Below are positions 43,368 through 51,156 of a stretch of 64,000 bases of DNA, piece by piece. Source of the DNA: Rhodoblastus sp. (GTDB lineage Bacteria > Pseudomonadota > Alphaproteobacteria > Rhizobiales > Beijerinckiaceae); assembly GCA_020442275.1 (NCBI GenBank), contig JAGRKN010000015.1, positions 11,369-75,368 on the forward strand, written 5' to 3'. Position 1 is the first letter of the stretch; each line of letters opens with the position of its first letter. The position numbers were made by a program, and so were the translations under genes. The notes beneath the pieces are model-generated. The model searched no databases and was not told where the DNA came from. It saw only the letters and a program-made list of their open reading frames with translations.

Positions 43368-43937
43368 CTATCGTGGAATCGGAACCGCGACGGTGCAATC
43401 CTTTACGCCGGAAAAATCGCCGGCGAGCGGAACATTGTCTTTGGCGCCGGCGATGAAGACCTGGCGGCGATCGGAAGAGAGAACCGCGACGGTCTGGTAG
43501 GCGGGATCGCGGTCGTGCATGAGCGACGAGATGCAGACCTTCGGGATGTCGGCGACGGCGACGATGGTCTGGTCGCGAAACAGCGCGATCTTGCCGGGGC
43601 AGACGACCGGCTGTTCGATCGCGTTCTTGCCGTTCGGGCCCATGTCGCAGCCGACGCCGTTCGAAAAGAGCGCGGAAACGCCGACCATGGTGCGGTCGTC
43701 GATCTGAAGGGCGGCGTTGAAGGTGATCGCATTGACGGCCGGCGCTTGATCCCAGACGGATTTTGTCGGGCCGGCCGGACGGCGGATCTTGGCGAAAGTC
43801 TCGGCCCAGATTTGTTCGAGGGTCGGATTGGACGGCGTGAGACCGACGGGATGCGCTGAGAGCGGCGTCTGCGCCTGCGCGAGCGACGAAATTGCGATGA
43901 ATGCGGCTGCAAGGAGCGGCGTACGAAAAATGGTCAT
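43368..43937 (-). CDS. Secreted hypothetical protein (189 aa)
   Basis: Signal peptide LLAAAFIAISSLAQAQ. Four Cys residues. ATGA overlap with the upstream UvrD-like gene. Confidence 0.6.
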   Translation of the reverse strand: MTIFRTPLLAAAFIAISSLAQAQTPLSAHPVGLTPSNPTLEQIWAETFAKIRRPAGPTKSVWDQAPAVNAITFNAALQIDDRTMVGVSALFSNGVGCDMGPNGKNAIEQPVVCPGKIALFRDQTIVAVADIPKVCISSLMHDRDPAYQTVAVLSSDRRQVFIAGAKDNVPLAGDFSGVKDCTVAVPIPR

Positions 43938-46033
43938 GCGGCGCGGTTTCCTTCGGCCTGGCTTTCGTCGAGCAGCTCGTCGATGAATTCGGACCGGTTA
44001 TACCGGGATTCCTTGACGAACGGGAGCGGCTCTTTGCGACGATCGCGGCGCTGCTGGATGTGCATACGGGGCTTCAGCGCGTGGCTGATGGTGACGGAGC
44101 GGCGCGCGCGGGTGATCGAGACATAGGCAAGGCGCCGTTCTTCCTCGATGTGTGCTTTCTGCTGCTCGTTCGACATTGCCGGGTATTCATTCGGGATCGA
44201 GGGAAAGAGTTCGGGCTCCCACGCCGGCAGGAAGACGTGGTCGAACTCGAGCCCCTTGGCGCCGTGGATCGTTCCGAGCCAGAGAGATTCGTCGGAATTC
44301 TCGTCGAAATCGTTCAGCGTCATCGCGTCGAGGAATTCGGCGAAGTCCTGTTGGTCTTGGGCTGCGGCATAGAAGTCGTCGAGGCGCTGGCGGATGGCCT
44401 TGGCCTTTTTCTCGAGCGTCCTGCGCTCGTGGGCGTCCTTGGTGAGAGCGGCCTTGTCGAGGATCGCCTGGATTTTGTCGCTCATGCCGATATCGTCTTC
44501 GATCATCTGCGTGATCGTCTTCACGGTGGCGCCGAGATCCCAGGCGTCGGTGAGCTGGGCGATGAAGCCGACGAAGGCGCGGATCTGGGTTTCCTTGTCG
44601 CCTTTGAACTTGCCGTCGTCGAGCCAACCCTCGAGGAGCGAGGTGTAAGGAAGTCCGGCAGCTTTGGCCGCCTCCATCATCTTGTCCTGGCTCGCCTTAC
44701 CGAACTTGCGGTTCTTGGCGTTGAGCGCGGTGATGAAGGCCTGGTCGTCCTGCGGGTTCATCATCAGGCGCAGGTGGGCGACGATCTGGCGGATTTCGTT
44801 GGTATCCGTGAACTTGCGGCCTGCGGTGACCGTGAACGGAATGCCGGCGGTGGCGAGCTTGTACTGGAATTTCTGGAGCGTGAGCGCGGTGCGGGAGATC
44901 ACGGCGATCTCGGCCGGCGGCACGCCTTTGGCGATGAGCTTCTGGATCTTGCCGACGATCGCGCCGCATTCCGCTTCGTCGTCGATTGGGGCGTGCGGCG
45001 TCGTAACGATCTGGACGCAGGAATCCTCGCGGCGCGTCGTAAACAGCGTCTTACCGTGGCGCGCGACGTTGTTGGCGATGATCCGGTTTGCGTGGTCGAG
45101 GATGTCCGACGAGGAGCGGAAATTCTGCTCGAGACGGATGATCGTGGCGGCCGGGCGCTTCTGGCCGAAATTCAGGATGTTCTCGACGTTGGCGGATCGG
45201 AAGGCGTAGATCGATTGATCGTCGTCGCCGACGCAGGTGATGTCGCAGCCGGCGTCTGGTGGCGACAGAAGGTCGAGCCAAGCCTCTTGCAGGGGGTTTG
45301 TGTCCTGATACTCGTCGACGAGGAGCGCGGGCCATGTGCGCTGGTGCCAGGCTGCGACGGGCGGCGCGTCGCGGAAGAGGCGCACCGTCATGGTGATGAT
45401 GTCGGTGTAATCGAGCGCGTTGGCGCGCTGGCAAGCCGCGATGTAAGCGTCGGCGATCTGGATGAAGGCGTCGTCGTACTTACCGATGATGTTCCAGGGG
45501 CCGTCGGCGAGGCATACGTCGGTCTTGTAGCGCTCGATGTCGCGAAGGATGTCGTTGGAGGCGTACTCGTTGTCGCCGATGATTTCCTTCAGGCAGTGCT
45601 TCTGGTCGTCGGCGTCGAAGACGGTGAAATGCGGATCGAGCGCCGCGAAATCGGCGTGCTGGCGGAGGATGCGCGCGCAGGTCGCGTGGAATGTGCCGAT
45701 ATCCATCGCCTGCGCGGTCGGGCCGATCATCTGCGCGAGGCGGCGCTTCATCTGGGAGGCGGCCTTGCGCGTGAAGGTCATGGCGAGGATCTGGCTCGGC
45801 AGTCGCTCGCCGGTGGCGATCTTGTAGGCGATGCGCGAGACGAGGCACTTTGTCTTTCCGGTTCCGGCGCCGGCGAGGATGAGGAGCGGCGCGGGGGGCG
45901 CGACGACAGCGGAACGCTGAACATCAGTCAGGCCCTCGAGCGCGAGGTCGAGGGCCTTATCGGGATTGAAACCGACCGCGTCCTTTTCGGATTCGAGGTC
46001 TGTCGAGGTCGTCTTTGAGAAATCGACCTTCAT
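43934..46033 (-). CDS. UvrD/Rep-family SF1 helicase, paralog 2 (699 aa)
   Basis: LILAGAGTGKTK, ILAMTFTRKAA, LLVDEYQDTNP, VGDDDQSIYAFRSA, QNFRSS, TIHGAKGLEFDHVFL, AYVSITRAR. Confidence 0.9.
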   Translation of the reverse strand: MKVDFSKTTSTDLESEKDAVGFNPDKALDLALEGLTDVQRSAVVAPPAPLLILAGAGTGKTKCLVSRIAYKIATGERLPSQILAMTFTRKAASQMKRRLAQMIGPTAQAMDIGTFHATCARILRQHADFAALDPHFTVFDADDQKHCLKEIIGDNEYASNDILRDIERYKTDVCLADGPWNIIGKYDDAFIQIADAYIAACQRANALDYTDIITMTVRLFRDAPPVAAWHQRTWPALLVDEYQDTNPLQEAWLDLLSPPDAGCDITCVGDDDQSIYAFRSANVENILNFGQKRPAATIIRLEQNFRSSSDILDHANRIIANNVARHGKTLFTTRREDSCVQIVTTPHAPIDDEAECGAIVGKIQKLIAKGVPPAEIAVISRTALTLQKFQYKLATAGIPFTVTAGRKFTDTNEIRQIVAHLRLMMNPQDDQAFITALNAKNRKFGKASQDKMMEAAKAAGLPYTSLLEGWLDDGKFKGDKETQIRAFVGFIAQLTDAWDLGATVKTITQMIEDDIGMSDKIQAILDKAALTKDAHERRTLEKKAKAIRQRLDDFYAAAQDQQDFAEFLDAMTLNDFDENSDESLWLGTIHGAKGLEFDHVFLPAWEPELFPSIPNEYPAMSNEQQKAHIEEERRLAYVSITRARRSVTISHALKPRMHIQQRRDRRKEPLPFVKESRYNRSEFIDELLDESQAEGNRAA

Positions 46034-46284
46034 GGGCCTGTCTTTTCTTGGGGGTGGAGGAGGAGGAATGGTCCTTTCTCGGTGATCCGTCCGTCTTGCA
46101 GGCGAGGGTCGTCGGCGAGCGTGAAATGGGTCCGCTCGATGTGGACGTAATGTCGGCCGTGATCGTCAATCTTGAGCATGCCGATCAGAGAGTCGGAACG
46201 ACGCCCATGGGTCATTGCATGAACGTCGTTCGTCTCGGGGTCGATATGGGCGATCAGGCCGCGCAGGCGGGCTGTCGAAGACAT
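46030..46284 (-). CDS. Hypothetical protein (84 aa)
   Basis: Coupled ORF (ATGA with uvrD paralog 2 downstream, one-base overlap upstream). Confidence 0.5.
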   Translation of the reverse strand: MSSTARLRGLIAHIDPETNDVHAMTHGRRSDSLIGMLKIDDHGRHYVHIERTHFTLADDPRLQDGRITEKGPFLLLHPQEKTGP

Positions 46285-46649
46285 CAGAGGTTAATCTGGC
46301 CTTTCTGGTAGCACGACACGAGCTGTGGCGAGAGGCGGGTGAGCGCCATCGGGTGGGCTTCGATCGTGATGGTGCAGACGATGGTCTGACGGTCGTAGAA
46401 GGTGATGCGGACGCTGCCTTCGTCCTTGCCGGGATGGACGAGCGCGTTGCGGAGATCGAGAGGCCGCATTCCAGTTTCGTCGAAGGTGATGATCGGCGCG
46501 TCGTCGCTCTCCGGCGCAAGCGCGACGCCCTTGAAGACGAGGCCGTCGGGAGTCTCGTGCTTGATGAGCAGCGCGGCGTCGGCCGGCGAGTCGGCGTTGA
46601 TCGAGCCTTCGCGCTCGAACTGGGCGGAATATGAGAAGGGCTGGGGCAT
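46284..46649 (-). CDS. Hypothetical protein (121 aa)
   Basis: Coupled ORF 2 nt downstream of ssb. No recognised domain. Confidence 0.55.
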   Translation of the reverse strand: MPQPFSYSAQFEREGSINADSPADAALLIKHETPDGLVFKGVALAPESDDAPIITFDETGMRPLDLRNALVHPGKDEGSVRITFYDRQTIVCTITIEAHPMALTRLSPQLVSCYQKGQINL

Positions 46650-46651
46650 TT

Positions 46652-47104
46652 TCAGGCGATGTCCTTGGCGGGGGCGGCGGAAGCCGAGTCCGGAATGGAA
46701 GCGTCGGCGGTCGTGTCGGCCTGCGGTTCTTCCGTCTGAAGGCGCTTCTTGGCGGCGTAGACGTTCAGAAGGTCGGAGGCAGAGACGGCGATGGAAGCCT
46801 TTTGGGATTTCCGGTCGGCGGCGTCACCATAGTATTCGATATGCCCCGTCAGGTGGACGAGATCGCCCTTGGCGATGCCCAGGTTCGTGAAACGCTGCAT
46901 CTGGCGCTCGGTGTAGACCGAGACGTTGTGCCAGCTCGTGTGGACTTCGGATTTTCCGTCGCGGCCGCGGACGTAGGAACGGGTGGCGAGGCGGAATTCG
47001 ATTTTCCGTCCAGCAGTGCTGTCGGAATTATCGTGGAACTCGATCAGTTCAGGCTGCGTAATGCGGCCGACGAGCTCCACGCGGTTGAGGCTGTGGTTGG
47101 GCAT
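46652..47104 (-). CDS. ssb: Single-stranded DNA-binding protein (OB fold), atypical C-terminal tip
   Basis: 150 aa from ATG 47104 (MPNHSLNRVELVGRITQPE...TSWHNVSVY...KGDLVHLTGHIEY). SD GGAGG lies 6 nt upstream. The C-terminus ends ...AAPAKDIA rather than the DDDIPF type. Confidence 0.85.
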   Translation of the reverse strand: MPNHSLNRVELVGRITQPELIEFHDNSDSTAGRKIEFRLATRSYVRGRDGKSEVHTSWHNVSVYTERQMQRFTNLGIAKGDLVHLTGHIEYYGDAADRKSQKASIAVSASDLLNVYAAKKRLQTEEPQADTTADASIPDSASAAPAKDIA

Positions 47105-47110
47105 GAAATT

Positions 47111-47150
47111 CCTCCGGGGCGGATTATTCCGTGAGAAGACGCCCCGGAGG
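47111..47150 (-). promoter_or_regulatory. RNA hairpin sequestering the ssb Shine-Dalgarno sequence
   Basis: Perfect 11-bp stem: CCTCCGGGGCG (47111-47121) with CGCCCCGGAGG (47140-47150), and an 18-nt loop. On the minus-strand mRNA the 3' arm contains the GGAGG SD located 6 nt before the ssb ATG. Confidence 0.5.
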
Positions 47151-47168
47151 ATACCTGCGGCCGGCCTT

Positions 47169-50100
47169 TTACGCAAAGGCCTCTCGGCCAGCGCCACGGG
47201 TGGTGACGCGAAAGTGTTTCGACAGGGCCTGGTGGATGGTGCTGGCCCGTTCAATGAGGGTCGGCGGTTCGTTGGATTCGAGAGCCGCGAACTTCTTCTC
47301 GTTCTCGGTCGGATGACGGACCGCGCCGGTCAGGAACGCGACGTCGGCGGCCGTCATGCCCTGACGGAATTTTCCGTGCATGGGTTCGGCCTTGCCCTCA
47401 GCGACGGCGGCGAGGAACGCCGTCGCCTGCTTGGCGTCGGCGATCGGCTTGGCCGGATTGACCCAGGAGGCGACCGCGCGGGACTGCATGCCGAAGAATT
47501 CCTGACCGCGTTCGCGGCCGGAACGGTCGGTCTCGCCGGTCTTGGAATCGACGAAACGGACGCCGACGGAGGCGTTCGTCATGATTGTCGAGTGGCCGGT
47601 GTCGATCATGACCGAGCGGTTCGGCTTGAGCAGCTCGGCGCCGCCTTGTTGGTCCGAGCGCAGCATGCGGGTGGGCGAGGCGGCGATGACGGCGACCGGC
47701 TTGCCGCCGATCGGCTCGATGCGCTTGTCCTGGCCGGCGCGGGCAGCGACGAACAGAGCCGGATCGTTGGCGCGCGCGGCGGCGACCGCCACCGCCTTCG
47801 CGGGGGCCACGGCGGTTTCGAGCGCACGGATGCGGCTCTGCGTCGCGGTGGCGGCGAAGCGCGCGTTCAGCGCGTTCCAGCGGTTCACGAGCTCGCCGTC
47901 GCGTTCCGCGCCGCGCTGGCCGAGGTCGACCATTGGGGGCAGCGAAGGCGCGACCTCGATCGCGCGGCCCTGAGAGATCATCTCGGTGAGGGCGGCGCGG
48001 CTCTCGGGCGAGAGCCCTGTCTTGGCGCTGGGATCGACGACGACCATGACCTTCGCGCCGCTGTTGCGGGCGGCGTTGATGACGACCTCGCCGGTCGGAT
48101 CGTTGGTGGTCGAGATCGTCTGGCCTTTTTCGCCGGCCGTCTGAACCAGGTCGGCGATGACCTTGGCCATCTTGTCGTCGGGCGTCGAGGTGGACGAACC
48201 GATGATTGCGACGTCGGGGCGGCCGAGCTTCTCGATGAGGTCGGGATGGCCCTGGATCGCGAGCGGCTGGTTGGCGGCCTCGACAAGCGGTCCGGTGATG
48301 GCGATCGTCGAATTCTCGCCGAGATAGGCGGGATTGGCCTTGTTCGTGCCGCCGACCGAAATGGTCGGGCTCATCTGGAGGACCGAGTCGATCGCGAACT
48401 GCATGCCGAAGCCGACCTTTTTCGCCGACTGGAAGGCGGCGCGGTCGCTGCCGATCGCGGCGACCAGATCCTTCATCACCGCGGCCTTCTGGGGGTCGAG
48501 CGCGCGGTACTTGTCGCCGGTGAGCGTCGCAGCGTCGACGAGGTCGCGGATCGAAATCGGAGTTTCGAGGCCGTGCTTGACGCGCAGCGCCTTGGCGGCG
48601 CCGGCGATGCGTTCGGCGTCCTTTGTGCTCGTCAGGAAGGCGAGGGCGAGGCGGCCGAGCTGGCTGGCGGCCGGCTTGGTCATCTGCTGTTCGACATCGC
48701 GGCCGAGGTAGATAGAGCGAGCCGATCCCTGGACGACGCTGTCGCGTGCCTTCGGAGCGCCGATACGCGCAAGCGCGTAGGCGCGGTCGGCGGCCATCGG
48801 CTTGCCGTCCTCGTCGTACACGGTGGTCTTCTTGTCGAAGTCCATCGAGCGGCGGGCCGCTTGGCAGGCGTTGAAGTCCTTGTCGGTGAGGCCGAAGACG
48901 GTCGTCTGGGTCGTCAGCGACTGGAGCGCCTGCCAGCTGATAGTGCGCTTCATGCGATCATATTGATCGGTGAGGCGCTGCTTCTGATCGGGGCTCTTGG
49001 CGGCCTCGATCTTGTTGAGGAGCGAGGACGGCGGCTTCGGATCGATGAGGAGCAGGCTGCCGGCCTTGTTCTGCTGCGCGAGGTATTTCGCGCGCGAGGA
49101 GTAGAGCGGGATCTTTTCGCCGTTCTCGGCGACGATGTTGTAGGCGAGCCAGCCGCGGTTGCTCTTGTCGTCGACGAGCGCGCCGCCGGCATTGAGACGC
49201 AGCATGTCCTTCGGATCGAGCGAAGCCTCGACGCGTAGGACCGACATGCCGGCGGCCTGGGCGGCGGCCAGGATGGCGGCCGCCGAGCGCGAGTGATCGT
49301 TCTTGTTGCCGGCGTTGGGATCGGCGATCGCGATCAGCGGCGTGCGATCCGAGGTCTTGACCTTGGCGTTCTGCGCCGCGACGTCCTTGACGGTGCTCGT
49401 GATGACGTCGGGGTGCTTGAAGTATTTCGCGCCCTCGAGGCCGATCGCGTCCATCTGGAGACGGGAAGCGTTCGGACCGAGGAAGGCGTGCGCGGTCACG
49501 GCGAGATAGCCCAGCGTCGGCGGCGCTTCGCGCAGGGAGACGCCGTTCTGGTCGCGCGGCGTCTGGCCGAAGGCGTTGAGGGCCTTGTCGGCGCGGTTCT
49601 TGCCGGCGCGGAAGGCCTCCCAGTAGGGGTGGATGCGGTCGGCGGTCTTGCCGTTCGGGCCTTCGGTGATGATGTAGCGCGGCGTCTCGAGCAGCGTGCG
49701 GGTCGGCATGCGCATGGTCTGGCTGTGCGACAGGGAAGTCTGCACGCCTTCGAGCAGGGCGCCGACGGTTTCGCGCGAAGGGACCTGATCGCCGCGGTTG
49801 ATCGCGACGAAATCGAGCAGGCGGGCGATGACGGTGGCCTCGGCGACCGAGCTGGCGACGATGTCGAGCTGGTCGAGGCCACGGATGCGGGTCGCATTGC
49901 CGCCGGAGAGCGCCTGGGCGATCTGGTCGGCGCGCTCGCGCGCCGTGGCGCCAGTGATCATGGCGCCGGCGACCGCCTTGTAGCGGGCGAATTCCGGCGA
50001 TTGGATGATCGCGTCGGCTTGATCCATCACGGAAGCGAAGCGCTTCGTGCGGTTGCGGTCGGCCTCGGACATTTCGACCGGGTGGCCGCTGGCGGCCGCG

Positions 50101-51074
50101 TCGATCTGGATCTGGATGATGCGGCGTTCGGCGGGCGTGAACTCGTAGTCGTTGATGAGCGCTGCGGTCGCCGCGCGCGTGACGACGAACTCGACGTCGC
50201 GGTCGCTGGAGGCGCGCTGAGGCGCATATTCGATCTGGGTGCCCGAGCGCAGGATCTGCATGGTGAGGCGGGCGCGCTCGGCCTCGGTGAGCTGCTCGGA
50301 ATCGAGCGCTTCGAGCTCGGCTTCGGCGGTTTCGAGGCGCTTGCGCTCGGCGTCGTTGAGGAGCGTAGGATCGGCGGCCGAAAGGCGGTTGAGTTCGGCG
50401 GCGACCGCTTCGCGACCGGCGGCCGCGTAGGAGAAGGCGAGGACGTCGGTGACCTTCGCCGTCTCGTTGTAGATGACGCGGACCGACTGGTCGTAGAGCG
50501 CCTGCAGCTCTTCGGCGCTGCGGTCGAAGAACGGCGTCGTGTCGCCGCCGGCGCGCTCGACGAGCGAGGCGATGGTGGCGCGGCGCTCGCCGCCGAGGCC
50601 GGTGGCCTGGTCGAGGGACTGCGTGCGCAGGTTTTCCAGCATCGCGTCGGGATTGATGGCGTTGTTGGAACGGGCAGCGTCGTTGAGGTACGAGCTGACC
50701 ATCGACTCGACGTGCGAGAAGGCGATGAGCGCGTCGGTCTGATTGTCCGTCATCGGATTGACGGAAGCGGCGCTGCGCGATTCCGTGCGCAGCGCGCCGC
50801 GAACGTCGGCGATGCGGTCCTGGCGGCGGATCGCGGCGGCGCCCTTCTCGACGATCTCATTGAGCGCGCTCCAGTAGAGAGCGCGGGCCTCGTTGTTCGG
50901 CGAGCCCAGCATGACTCCGGCGTCCCTCAGGTGGTCCTTCGCCAGATCCTTGGGTTCGCCGTGGCGCGGGCGGTCCGGATTGTGCAGGATGGAGTCATTG
51001 CCGATGAAGACAGGTACGCGGTCGGCGGCAGTGGTGAGATCGAGATAATCGAAATCGTAAGCGCGAGCTGGCAT
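47169..51074 (-). CDS. Very large multidomain (polyvalent-type) protein, 1301 aa, with a DprA/SLOG-like Rossmannoid segment
   Basis: Uninterrupted ORF with SD GGAGA. The segment VAIIGSSTSTPDDKMAKVIADLVQTAGEKGQTISTTNDPTGEVVINAARNSGAKVMVVVDPS resembles the DprA/SLOG nucleotide-binding fold. The rest is unrecognised, with coiled-coil-like stretches. Confidence 0.75.
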   Translation of the reverse strand: MPARAYDFDYLDLTTAADRVPVFIGNDSILHNPDRPRHGEPKDLAKDHLRDAGVMLGSPNNEARALYWSALNEIVEKGAAAIRRQDRIADVRGALRTESRSAASVNPMTDNQTDALIAFSHVESMVSSYLNDAARSNNAINPDAMLENLRTQSLDQATGLGGERRATIASLVERAGGDTTPFFDRSAEELQALYDQSVRVIYNETAKVTDVLAFSYAAAGREAVAAELNRLSAADPTLLNDAERKRLETAEAELEALDSEQLTEAERARLTMQILRSGTQIEYAPQRASSDRDVEFVVTRAATAALINDYEFTPAERRIIQIQIDAAASGHPVEMSEADRNRTKRFASVMDQADAIIQSPEFARYKAVAGAMITGATARERADQIAQALSGGNATRIRGLDQLDIVASSVAEATVIARLLDFVAINRGDQVPSRETVGALLEGVQTSLSHSQTMRMPTRTLLETPRYIITEGPNGKTADRIHPYWEAFRAGKNRADKALNAFGQTPRDQNGVSLREAPPTLGYLAVTAHAFLGPNASRLQMDAIGLEGAKYFKHPDVITSTVKDVAAQNAKVKTSDRTPLIAIADPNAGNKNDHSRSAAAILAAAQAAGMSVLRVEASLDPKDMLRLNAGGALVDDKSNRGWLAYNIVAENGEKIPLYSSRAKYLAQQNKAGSLLLIDPKPPSSLLNKIEAAKSPDQKQRLTDQYDRMKRTISWQALQSLTTQTTVFGLTDKDFNACQAARRSMDFDKKTTVYDEDGKPMAADRAYALARIGAPKARDSVVQGSARSIYLGRDVEQQMTKPAASQLGRLALAFLTSTKDAERIAGAAKALRVKHGLETPISIRDLVDAATLTGDKYRALDPQKAAVMKDLVAAIGSDRAAFQSAKKVGFGMQFAIDSVLQMSPTISVGGTNKANPAYLGENSTIAITGPLVEAANQPLAIQGHPDLIEKLGRPDVAIIGSSTSTPDDKMAKVIADLVQTAGEKGQTISTTNDPTGEVVINAARNSGAKVMVVVDPSAKTGLSPESRAALTEMISQGRAIEVAPSLPPMVDLGQRGAERDGELVNRWNALNARFAATATQSRIRALETAVAPAKAVAVAAARANDPALFVAARAGQDKRIEPIGGKPVAVIAASPTRMLRSDQQGGAELLKPNRSVMIDTGHSTIMTNASVGVRFVDSKTGETDRSGRERGQEFFGMQSRAVASWVNPAKPIADAKQATAFLAAVAEGKAEPMHGKFRQGMTAADVAFLTGAVRHPTENEKKFAALESNEPPTLIERASTIHQALSKHFRVTTRGAGREAFA

Positions 51075-51156
51075 TGGTCCGTCTCCTTTCGGGGTCCGAG
51101 AATTTTAACACGGACATTGTTCCGTGAAGAAACGGATTATTTTAAGTGGTCCTATT
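51075..51156 (-). promoter_or_regulatory. AT-rich promoter/operator candidate for the polyvalent-protein gene
   Basis: Minus-strand TGTTAAAAT (extended -10 type; hexamer at plus 51102-51107) lies 27 nt upstream of the ATG. Three ACGGA/TCCGT half-sites at 51110-14, 51121-25 and 51132-36 have 11-bp centre spacing. A second TTAAAAT lies at 51137-51145. Confidence 0.45.

Noticed and set aside
47121-47135. 15-nt identity GGATTATTCCGTGAG between the ssb hairpin loop region (plus strand) and the gapR SD/start region (minus strand, 5933-5947). It also places a GTG-initiated 61-aa antisense ORF at 47131-47316.
   Set aside because: Roughly one to a few 15-mer matches are expected by chance in a 64-kb window on both strands. 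The 61-aa ORF is antisense to the C-terminus of the 1301-aa gene and has no coding features.
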